39,623 bases of DNA. Origin: a virus. Location: IMG/VR virus record IMGVR_UViG_3300033493_000006, positions 1 to 39,623 of that record; one strand, 5' to 3'. Shown one piece after another: positions 1 to 6,451 of this stretch. A model generated the notes under the pieces. That model saw only the letters and a program-made list of their open reading frames with translations, had not been told where the DNA came from and did not search any database. How positions within the stretch are numbered: position 1 is the stretch's first letter; each line of letters begins with the position of its first letter. The position numbers and the translations under genes were made by a program.

Positions 1-127
1 ATGGTCGCCGCAGCCCGGACCTTCACCGCCTCGTCTGGAGACTTCAAGGTGGCGATCAACGCCTCGACTGCGCTCGGGGCCGCAGAGAAGAGCAGCTCCT
101 TTGCTCGTCTCTCGGAGTCGGACATCG
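1..127. repeat. Terminal direct repeat copy A, identical to 39497..39623 (circular-assembly overlap)
   Basis: Bases 1-127 read identical to the last 127 bases. 127 is a typical de Bruijn k-mer size. Implies a circular or terminally redundant/permuted genome of about 39,496 unique bp. Confidence 0.95.
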
Positions 128-139
128 GAGGTCGACCTC
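128..139. other. 12-bp perfect palindrome GAGGTCGACCTC just upstream of the terS-like start codon
   Basis: Self-complementary by inspection. Contains GAGG and its complement. Lies 2 nt from the ATG at 125..123 (minus), which equals 39621..39619. Confidence 0.6.
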
Positions 140-242
140 GAGGGTTGCCGCTGACGCCCTTGACCCATGCGTTCGTCGGCGGGTCGTGCTTTGTGCCTCT
201 GGTCGGATTGTCTGTTTTAGTCCTGTTCGCAGGAGCCACAGA

Positions 243-536
243 TCATTCCCCGTAGACGATGCCGCGAACGAGCGCCATCGGCACAAAAACGCGCTCCATG
301 CGCGGCCGATTCGCGACGCGGTCGAAGACCTTGCGAGTCAGAAGCAGGCCGACCGGCATCTGGCCCTTCTCGATTGGCACCGCGCGACCGTCAGGCTCCA
401 GTCGGGCCGGCACGATGGCGACGTCTGGAGCGGCCACCGACTGCGCCTCTCCGTTGAACGGGACCGACTCCGAGAACCGAACGGAGGCGATGCGGTTGGC
501 TTCGGGTGCTGGCGCGGGCTTCGGGGGGTCGCTCAT
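243..536 (-). CDS. Hypothetical protein, 97 aa (MSDPPKPAPAPEANRIASV...)
   Basis: Internal ATG at 536 forms an ATGA stop/start overlap (533-536) with the upstream gene. Last gene of the leftward early block. Confidence 0.6.
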   Translation of the reverse strand: MSDPPKPAPAPEANRIASVRFSESVPFNGEAQSVAAPDVAIVPARLEPDGRAVPIEKGQMPVGLLLTRKVFDRVANRPRMERVFVPMALVRGIVYGE

Positions 537-721
537 GTAGGCTCCGGTGTGTAGAGACCGGCCTCCTGAGCTCTCAGGAGCAGCGCGCGCACCCACTCTC
601 GATGCTGTTGCCCGAAGTGCGACTTGCGCGTCTCCTCCGAGAGGGACGCGAAAAACAACTGCGTCCTCAGCCACGGCGAAGACGAGGTGTCAACGTGCTG
701 CTGTAGCTCGGTCCGGCTCAT
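533..721 (-). CDS. Hypothetical protein, 62 aa (MSRTELQQHVDTSSSPW...)
   Basis: ATG at 721. The ORF-track start at 730 is TTG. ATGA-coupled to the downstream gene. Confidence 0.5.
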   Translation of the reverse strand: MSRTELQQHVDTSSSPWLRTQLFFASLSEETRKSHFGQQHREWVRALLLRAQEAGLYTPEPT

Positions 722-755
722 GCAGCACAAAGAGTCTCACAGACAAGATCTCGTG

Positions 756-1154
756 TCAACCCAAGTAGATCTCCACGCGCGCCCCGTACTCGCGCACCCC
801 GCCGCGTTCTTGGTCCGGCACCCAAACCACGCTCGGGTCCCGGTCGTCGACCCCGAGCGCGTCTGCCACGCCGTCACGAAGGCTCTTCACCGCGCTCGCG
901 ACGCCGTCGTCGTCGAGATGGCGCGGGCCGACGTAGACGAGGCGGACTGAGCATGGGAGCGGCACGACTCGACGCTTGATGAGGCTCCTAGCCAGCGCAC
1001 GCACCGTCTTCGCCCGCTTCGCCGTGGCCCGCCAGTGCTCTCGGCCGTTGCTGGTGTTGACCAGCCGCACCGGAACATCCACGACGAGAAGCGGGCGTTG
1101 CCAGCCCATGATCGCCAACGCCTTCTCGAGACGCTCAAGCCGGTCGCTGATCAT
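756..1154 (-). CDS. rusA: RusA-like Holliday junction resolvase, 132 aa
   Basis: Pattern TSNGREHW...RHLDDDG..AVKSLRDGVADALGVDDRD resembles the RusA acidic catalytic cluster. Size fits. ATGA overlap at 1151-1154. Confidence 0.6.
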   Translation of the reverse strand: MISDRLERLEKALAIMGWQRPLLVVDVPVRLVNTSNGREHWRATAKRAKTVRALARSLIKRRVVPLPCSVRLVYVGPRHLDDDGVASAVKSLRDGVADALGVDDRDPSVVWVPDQERGGVREYGARVEIYLG

Positions 1155-1486
1155 CGCTGCACCTTGGCGGGCGGAGTCCACTCTGGTGGCGTGAGCACGT
1201 AGAGCTTCAGGGCGTATTCTGCGGCATCGAGATTATGGGTGCTGATCATCGTTTTTGCGTAGAGCCCGTTCTCATCGAGCTTGGTTGCAATGCTCTTCCA
1301 CAGCGAGGCCCACACCTCAGCCTCGACGTTTGGGTCCCCAGAAATAGCTCGATGGTATGTGAGCAGATGGGTTACATCAATAACGCGAACCCGCTCATGC
1401 AGCCCAACGAACGCATCGACGGTCTTTTGCGGCACACCTTTCTCGAGCAGTGCATCTCTGCACATAGCGATTTCCTCGGGCTTCAT
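1151..1486 (-). CDS. Hypothetical protein, 111 aa (MKPEEIAMCRDALLEKG...)
   Basis: ATGA overlaps at both ends (1483-1486 and 1151-1154). Normal amino-acid composition. Confidence 0.65.
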   Translation of the reverse strand: MKPEEIAMCRDALLEKGVPQKTVDAFVGLHERVRVIDVTHLLTYHRAISGDPNVEAEVWASLWKSIATKLDENGLYAKTMISTHNLDAAEYALKLYVLTPPEWTPPAKVQR

Positions 1487-1743
1487 GGCTTCCACCTCGG
1501 CATCCCTCTCTCGTCGAGGTCCTCGGCGCCGAACGGCCGCACCTCGAGCCCCGGGGACGCATGGGCGACCACTTGAGATCCGTCCTCGAGTCGCACTATT
1601 GCAACCGGATTCTGCTCCTGGATGAGCGCGAACATGGCGCCATCTTTGGTGCCGAGCTTTGGGCAGGTCGTGACCTTCATGTCGCCCACCTGGACGATCT
1701 CGGTCCCGTGCACCTCGCCGCACCACAGGCACCTTGGCTTCAC
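1483..1743 (-). CDS. Hypothetical protein, 86 aa, CxxC-containing
   Basis: GTG start in a GTGA overlap (1740-1743). ATGA overlap at the 3' end. Confidence 0.55.
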   Translation of the reverse strand: MKPRCLWCGEVHGTEIVQVGDMKVTTCPKLGTKDGAMFALIQEQNPVAIVRLEDGSQVVAHASPGLEVRPFGAEDLDERGMPRWKP

Positions 1744-1928
1744 TTGACACCTCCAACTTCGCACCGCGCAAGCGTCTCGTCGCACCTAACCCAGTCGCGA
1801 CACACGCCACCTATGAGATGGCTACGCAAGATCTTGATTCCGCATCGAGTGCATTCGGTCATGAGTTCGGCCCGCGTTCTGCGCCACCATTCACACCACA
1901 AGTCGCAGGAATCGGACGCAGGGTTCAC
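1740..1928 (-). CDS. Hypothetical Cys/Trp-rich small protein, 62 aa
   Basis: GTG start in a GTGA overlap (1925-1928) with the upstream gene. CDLWCEWW...CTRCG motif. Confidence 0.5.
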   Translation of the reverse strand: MNPASDSCDLWCEWWRRTRAELMTECTRCGIKILRSHLIGGVCRDWVRCDETLARCEVGGVK

Positions 1929-2158
1929 TGGCCACCTCCGAACGCCGCGCCCACCGTCTCGAGCGCGGGAATCACCTTCACTCCCGCCTCACGTTCCTTG
2001 GCGAGGATCCAGTTCGTCACCCGCTCGGGACCTGCGGCGGTTGCGATGGCGCGCTCGCGCTCTATGGGAGTGACGTTGCAGCCGTTCAGCATCCTGCGCA
2101 TCTCCTCGAGGGAGAGGGGCGCGACTTCGGTTGTCGTTGCTGTGGTCGCTGCTGTCAT
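1925..2158 (-). CDS. Hypothetical protein, 77 aa
   Basis: ATGA overlap at 2155-2158. The N-terminal TEVAPLSLEEMRRML resembles TEAVPISAEQMRQLL of the upstream gene (weak paralogy). Confidence 0.6.
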   Translation of the reverse strand: MTAATTATTTEVAPLSLEEMRRMLNGCNVTPIERERAIATAAGPERVTNWILAKEREAGVKVIPALETVGAAFGGGQ

Positions 2159-2343
2159 GGTGTTGTTTCCTCGTCCTTCTCGTCGAGACCCGCCCAGCGC
2201 GCAACGTTCTCGAGCGCTTCGGAGACTGAGACGGCGCCTGCCTCCTCGGGGTCGGCATACACTGCGATCAGAAGCTGCCGCATCTGCTCGGCAGAAATTG
2301 GAACTGCTTCGGTTGCTGCTTGACTTTTTGTTGCTGAGGTCAT
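2155..2343 (-). CDS. Hypothetical protein, 62 aa
   Basis: Internal ATG at 2343 in an ATGA overlap (2340-2343) with the DnaC-like gene. Confidence 0.6.
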   Translation of the reverse strand: MTSATKSQAATEAVPISAEQMRQLLIAVYADPEEAGAVSVSEALENVARWAGLDEKDEETTP

Positions 2344-3059
2344 GGTTTCTCCTTCGGTGCTGCGTTGGTTGGTTTTCTCATCGAGGCCCCTGACGTCTCG
2401 ACGCGCACGTAGCTGGAAAGAATTCGATCCGTGATGCGAGCCCCAAGCCATCGAGACAGATTTCCGCCCAAGAGGTTCGAAGTCAGGAGCGTACGTCGCC
2501 CCCGGTCGTGTCTCGTGTCGAGGAGCGAACGCAGCGTCACGCGCGCGTGGTCGTTCTCGGCTTCTGCGCCAACGTCATCGATGACCAAGAGGTCTGCGCG
2601 CTCGAGTCGGTCGAGCTCCCCCGCGTCATCCCAGGTGGAGAGCTGGGCGATTCTAACGGCGGACGTCATGAAGGCCCATCGGCCCGTATCGAGCACCTGG
2701 GAGACTGCCCAGCGGGCCGCGACTGACTTGCCTGTGCCGACGGGGCCGAGGACGAGACACCAGCGCTCTGAGCCCTGGAGCCAGCCACGGACGCCACGCA
2801 ACGCGTCGGTCTCGGTGGCCGCAGCTGCGGCGCTTTCGGTGATGGTGGGTAGCTGTGGGCGCAGTCTTTGCGCCTTGTACGCAGCAAGGGCGGCGGCGTC
2901 GGCTTCGGCTCGTTCGGCGGCGAGCTCGACGTACCTGGCGGCGAGGGCCGGGTTCGCGTCCTCCCAGGCCTTGATGGCCGCCTTGGTGCGAGGCGACCAG
3001 TCGAAGGCGGGGCGACCAAGGGCTCGAATGTCGACCTCGATGTCGGTCAGGGATCGCAT
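2340..3059 (-). CDS. DnaC/IstB-like AAA+ ATPase (putative helicase loader), 239 aa
   Basis: Walker A LGPVGTGKS and Walker B LLVIDDVG. Directly downstream of the organizer-like gene with a 1-nt TGATG overlap at 3059. Confidence 0.8.
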   Translation of the reverse strand: MRSLTDIEVDIRALGRPAFDWSPRTKAAIKAWEDANPALAARYVELAAERAEADAAALAAYKAQRLRPQLPTITESAAAAATETDALRGVRGWLQGSERWCLVLGPVGTGKSVAARWAVSQVLDTGRWAFMTSAVRIAQLSTWDDAGELDRLERADLLVIDDVGAEAENDHARVTLRSLLDTRHDRGRRTLLTSNLLGGNLSRWLGARITDRILSSYVRVETSGASMRKPTNAAPKEKP

Positions 3060-4018
3060 CAGAAAGCCCCCTCGTTGACCGTCACGACGGCTTTGACGGG
3101 TCCGGTGCCCCGAAGGCCCACCTCAGAGCCCCGGTCGTCGTACGCGCCTTCCAGGACCTTCAGGGCCGGTTCTGGCTTCGACCCACCGGCCCGAAGTGCC
3201 CAGTCGATGTCCGCCCGCCACCCTCGGTCGCCTCCGGCCTCGCCGCGACAGAAGGCACTGGCGGAGATCCTGGCGAAGATCTCCCGCCACTGGCTCAGAG
3301 GGCGCCTGGCGAGGGCTGCGGTCGCCTCGTTGACCCGCCCAGCCTCCCACCTCGGCAGCGGCGGGGCGGTGAGCTCGTTCCACGCGGCCCGGAGGGCGTC
3401 GACCTCAGGCGTGTCGGTCGGGGGTGCCTTCGAGCGCTTCGGCGACTTCGGCGGTTTGTTCTCCGGAGGAGGCGATCCGAAGAGCTCCCCATGCGCCACG
3501 GGCGGGGGCGCGTCAGCGACCCCCTGGAACCCCTGGGCTGGTGGTTGGGCTGGTGGTTGGGCTGGTGGTTGGGCTGGTGGTTGGGCTGGGCTGGGCTGGG
3601 CTGGAGGGGGACAGCTCGTGACATCTTGTGACGGCGCGTGACGGCGCGTGACATCGCCTCCAGTAGTTTCGCGTGCTTTCGTTCGCTCCCGCTCTCTTTG
3701 GTCTTTTTTACGCCTCGCGTCAGTTTTCGTAGCTTCCTGGGCCTCGATGAAGTGTGGGATAAGGTACCCGCTAGGAACGACCTCGAGGGTTCCGTCGTCG
3801 ACCAGCGCCTCGATTGCCACTTCGACCACTTCGACCGGGACCATGATCAGCACCGACAGGGCGCGCAATGGATCTCGATTTCCGACCTCGATGACGCCGG
3901 CCCCATTCGATGCTTGGAGGAGGAGAGGGAAGACGCAGCGGCCCTGCCAAGGCCACATGCGCCACGTAGCTGTCTGTCGCGTGTAGAGTTTTACATACCT
4001 CTCATCGCACCAGTTCAT
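3059..4018 (-). CDS. Replisome organizer / replication initiator-like protein, about 319 aa
   Basis: N-terminal winged-helix-like domain (MNWCDERYVKLY...), basic linker with PAQP repeats, C-terminal W..IF..I..S.FCRGE..GWRADIDW..R motif. Precedes the DnaC-like gene. An alternative GTG start at 4054 is possible. Confidence 0.6.
   Translation of the reverse strand: MNWCDERYVKLYTRQTATWRMWPWQGRCVFPLLLQASNGAGVIEVGNRDPLRALSVLIMVPVEVVEVAIEALVDDGTLEVVPSGYLIPHFIEAQEATKTDARRKKDQRERERTKARETTGGDVTRRHAPSQDVTSCPPPAQPSPAQPPAQPPAQPPAQPPAQGFQGVADAPPPVAHGELFGSPPPENKPPKSPKRSKAPPTDTPEVDALRAAWNELTAPPLPRWEAGRVNEATAALARRPLSQWREIFARISASAFCRGEAGGDRGWRADIDWALRAGGSKPEPALKVLEGAYDDRGSEVGLRGTGPVKAVVTVNEGAF
3535..3602. repeat. 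Tandem repeats (gggctggtggtt)x4 followed by (gggct)x4
   Basis: Read directly. Encodes the PAQPPAQP... linker on the minus strand. (GGGCT)4 on the plus strand fits the canonical G3N2 x4 G-quadruplex motif. Confidence 0.95.
3618..3657. promoter_or_regulatory. Four 10-bp-phased GTGAC iterons (candidate origin of replication)
   Basis: GTGAC begins at 3618, 3628, 3638 and 3648: GTGACATCTT GTGACGGCGC GTGACGGCGC GTGACATCGC. Lies inside the organizer linker, next to a T-rich tract at about 3660-3735. The repeat is certain; the ori function is inferred. Confidence 0.45.
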
Positions 4019-4068
4019 GAAAAATACCCCGGCCACTGCGCAATGTTGCCGCACCGCGCGGGCCGGGG
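4019..4068 (-). terminator. Terminator-like hairpin plus T-tract directly upstream of the organizer ATG
   Basis: CCCCGGCC (4027-4034) pairs with GGCCGGGG (4061-4068). On the minus strand the stem is followed by TATTTTTC (4026-4019) and then the ATG at 4018. The loop is 26 nt and contains GCAACATTGC. Confidence 0.4.
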
Positions 4069-4154
4069 CTCCCTACCATCGGGATGGAGTCAGGTGATGT
4101 CGGGCGGCAACCGGACATGGAGCGAACTCTGCAAGACTGAACCGTGAGCGTCAA

Positions 4155-4550
4155 TCATTTGACGCTTGTCACTTCGATTTCGCCGGGGATGAAACCGACT
4201 TCTCGGCAGGGCAGAGCCTTCGGGAGCTTCTGATCGATCAGCTTCGCCACCTTCTCCGCGTGTCTCCAGCCGATCGTTTCGCGCGGCTCGAACCCCTGAG
4301 TGGCCGATGTCAGCGCCATCAGCATCCCACGGAGCCACAGGACCGGGATGACGCGAGAGCCAGCCAAGGCGCGCGGGTTAGACTGCACTTCGTCGGAGCG
4401 CACGAGCAGACCCACGGCGCAGTCAGGGCAGTAGTCGAGGGCGAAGATGTGCCGCCCGCGCGGCATGGCGACCCACCATCCATCGTTCGGGTCGCGCGTG
4501 CCCTTCTCCTTGCCACACGCGCAGCATCGACAGACGAGGTGGCCCCTCAT
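4155..4550 (-). CDS. Hypothetical zinc-ribbon-like protein, 131 aa
   Basis: CRCCACG...CPDC cysteine pairs. Internal ATG at 4550 in an ATGA overlap (4547-4550). Confidence 0.6.
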   Translation of the reverse strand: MRGHLVCRCCACGKEKGTRDPNDGWWVAMPRGRHIFALDYCPDCAVGLLVRSDEVQSNPRALAGSRVIPVLWLRGMLMALTSATQGFEPRETIGWRHAEKVAKLIDQKLPKALPCREVGFIPGEIEVTSVK

Positions 4551-4825
4551 GGCCTCGCCTCGACCCGAACCCCGGCGTACGCGGCGAGCCAGGCGAGGAG
4601 ATCCACCGCGTCGACGTAGACGACGGTGTGGCCGTCCGCGTTTTCGCAGCAGACCTCGCCCCATAGCGTCTTGATGCCCTTGGCGCCGCCCAGCACGCGC
4701 ATCCGTAGTCGCCCTGTGCATGGACGAGGGACGACGAGCTGCACGAATTTGAGGCCTCGGGCGAGCGAGGCTTCGGCCTGTCCCGCCAGCACTGCGGCAG
4801 TCAGGGCGGTACCTATAGGCGTCAT
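4547..4825 (-). CDS. Hypothetical protein, 92 aa (MTPIGTALTAAVLAGQ...)
   Basis: ATGA overlaps at both ends (4822-4825 and 4547-4550). Confidence 0.6.
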   Translation of the reverse strand: MTPIGTALTAAVLAGQAEASLARGLKFVQLVVPRPCTGRLRMRVLGGAKGIKTLWGEVCCENADGHTVVYVDAVDLLAWLAAYAGVRVEARP

Positions 4826-5157
4826 GACTGGCCCTTCCCGCGGCTGAGCTGGCTGATCCACGGAAGGATTTCCTTGCGGCCTCGGACGAGGATCGCCTGC
4901 ACGTGATCGGCACTGGGATCGAATCCCCAGTTCCGAGTAGCGCAGATCTCCCACCAGGCGACGAACGCCGCGCGCTTGGCCTCCTCGAGTTTCGCGCGCA
5001 CCTCGGAGAGCTCGCGACGCAGCCGCGCCATCTCGTCGGCCGCCAGGTCGCATTCGTCGCAATCCTCGACCGATCCCCTGCCGTTGCAGGCCGAGCACGG
5101 CGGTGATCCGTCGCTGTCGTAGCGACCGCTTCCTCCGCAGGATGTGCAGGTCCTCAT
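4822..5157 (-). CDS. DnaJ-type zinc-finger (CxxCxGxG x2) protein, 111 aa
   Basis: CTSCGGSGR and CSACNGRGS match the DnaJ cysteine-rich repeat. GGGGAGGG SD lies upstream of the ATG at 5157. A coiled-coil follows. Confidence 0.65.
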   Translation of the reverse strand: MRTCTSCGGSGRYDSDGSPPCSACNGRGSVEDCDECDLAADEMARLRRELSEVRAKLEEAKRAAFVAWWEICATRNWGFDPSADHVQAILVRGRKEILPWISQLSRGKGQS

Positions 5158-5269
5158 GACCGGCCCTCCCCAATCAGCGCCCGCGCGGCATCGATGTCGC
5201 GGAGGCTCATGGCCGAACCTCCCGTGGCCTCGAGGCAGTGCGCGGGCGAGGGGCATTCGCAGGGGAGGA

Positions 5270-5710
5270 TCACGATCGCACCCCCGCCAGTACCTTCGCG
5301 ATCATTGCGTCGAACTCGTCTTCAGTTCCGCCCCAGCGGAGGAAGAGCCTCCGCCTCTGGATCCAGGTGAGAGTGACGTTGCGCTCCTTCACCTCGAGGA
5401 CTCGGGCACTGGTGCCCCGCCAGCTCGGAAACGGATCCTCGTTCGATGGCTCGGGGTCGACGAGCTCGACTCGATAGAGCGTGCCGCGCACCGCGCGAGA
5501 GGCGTAGTAGCGCGCGTACTCGCGATCAGAGGTCGCGTAGACGTAGCCCGAAGGAGTGCCTAGATCCTGCCCGGGAGCCCAGGTCCCGCTGCGCTGAGCC
5601 TCGCAGTGCGGGCAGCCCTCGACGTAGCGATGCTCGGCCATGTCGGGCTTGATGGTGGCGCCGCGCCAGAGACCGCCAACCCCGCCATGCCAGAGGACGA
5701 GCGGCTTCAC
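5270..5710 (-). CDS. Arr-like (rifampin-ADP-ribosyltransferase family) ADP-ribosyltransferase homolog, 146 aa
   Basis: Colinear with the Arr motifs. LWHGG matches (F/L)(Y/H)HGT. YVYATSDREYARYYA matches HVYxT..LDAAVWGAELA. GTLYRVELVDPEPSNEDPF matches GRI(F/Y)IVEP.G..EDDPN. PSWRGTSARVLEV matches P.RSYR..EP..IVGE. Candidate H-Y-D catalytic triad is present. GTG start in a GTGA overlap (5707-5710). Confidence 0.6.
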   Translation of the reverse strand: MKPLVLWHGGVGGLWRGATIKPDMAEHRYVEGCPHCEAQRSGTWAPGQDLGTPSGYVYATSDREYARYYASRAVRGTLYRVELVDPEPSNEDPFPSWRGTSARVLEVKERNVTLTWIQRRRLFLRWGGTEDEFDAMIAKVLAGVRS

Positions 5711-5889
5711 GGTCGCACCTCCCGCAGGCGACAATCGACGCGCCGCCCATCGAGCCACCTCGGCGCGTGGGGGCCGTCGCTGGAGTACCGGAGTCCGCCG
5801 CAGTCGTGGCAGGTGACGACGCGGTTGACGACGGGCTTGGTCTCGACGCGGGCCCAATCGGAGGCCCAGGTGATGACGGGGCCGCTCAT
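5707..5889 (-). CDS. Hypothetical small CxxC protein, 60 aa
   Basis: ATGA overlap at 5886-5889. TCHDCGG motif. Confidence 0.55.
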   Translation of the reverse strand: MSGPVITWASDWARVETKPVVNRVVTCHDCGGLRYSSDGPHAPRWLDGRRVDCRLREVRP

Positions 5890-6074
5890 CGTCCCCTCCT
5901 CTCGACGACTGCGCGCCACTCGCCCGAGGCTGGCTGGATTCGGCGGGCGAGCCGGGCAATGGCCTCAGCGTCGCGTCCGACAGCGAGCGGCTTGCGGTCG
6001 GTGGAACGGAGGACAACGAAGGCCATCTTCGCCGCGAGAAGCCGCTCATCTCGGACATTGCTGTCGAACATCAT
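5886..6074 (-). CDS. Hypothetical protein, 62 aa
   Basis: ATGA overlap at 6071-6074 with the first gene of the leftward operon. Confidence 0.55.
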   Translation of the reverse strand: MMFDSNVRDERLLAAKMAFVVLRSTDRKPLAVGRDAEAIARLARRIQPASGEWRAVVERRGR

Positions 6075-6280
6075 GACCTCACCCCTCCAGGAGGCGGGCC
6101 ACCAAGTCCCCTCGCCCGCCGCAGCGTGAATGCCAGGATCTCGGCCAGCGTGTCGTGAGTCAGCCCATTCTCCTCGCGCCGTTCGAGAACCCCAGAAGAA
6201 ACGATGGCCTCAGCAACGAGCTTCCAGGCCCTCCGCCTCCATTGACCGCGCAAGACTCTGCCATCTGTCTGTTTTTGCAT
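6071..6280 (-). CDS. Hypothetical basic protein, 69 aa; first gene of the leftward operon
   Basis: Internal ATG at 6280 preceded by a GAGGG SD. Faces the divergent control region. Confidence 0.55.
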   Translation of the reverse strand: MQKQTDGRVLRGQWRRRAWKLVAEAIVSSGVLERREENGLTHDTLAEILAFTLRRARGLGGPPPGGVRS

Positions 6281-6451
6281 ACCCTCAGAGTACGCCTTTA
6301 TTTTTTGAGCGCAAGACCTTGCCTTTCTGAATCTATCGGGGTACTCTGTTTTCACGGTCGCAAGGCCGGCGCAGCGGGCGATGGGTGGCGTAGTGTGGCG
6401 AGTCGTCTCTCGGAGACGAAGCCGCGAAAACACGTTGGAGGGGGCTCCAAA
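6281..6451. promoter_or_regulatory. Divergent early control region (promoters/operators)
   Basis: AT-richer 171-bp gap between divergent genes. Inverted repeat CAGAGTACGCC (6286-6296) / GGGGTACTCTG (6338-6348), 10/11. Palindromes GCAAGACCTTGC (6311-6322) and TCGTCTCtcgGAGACGA (6403-6419). T-run at 6298-6306. Confidence 0.5.

Noticed and set aside
1-255. The plus-strand ORF 1..255 (84 aa) and the minus-strand ORF 56..286 at the contig start.
   Set aside because: They are antisense or out of frame relative to the terS-like ORF, whose 5' end (1..125, minus) is duplicated here by the overlap. They have no SD or coupling, and their composition is junk-like.
3535-3657. A possible CRISPR-like or satellite array, given the regular short repeats.
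   Set aside because: The units are 5, 10 and 12 nt with no unique spacers, and they lie inside an open reading frame. They are coding tandem repeats plus iteron-like repeats, not a CRISPR array.
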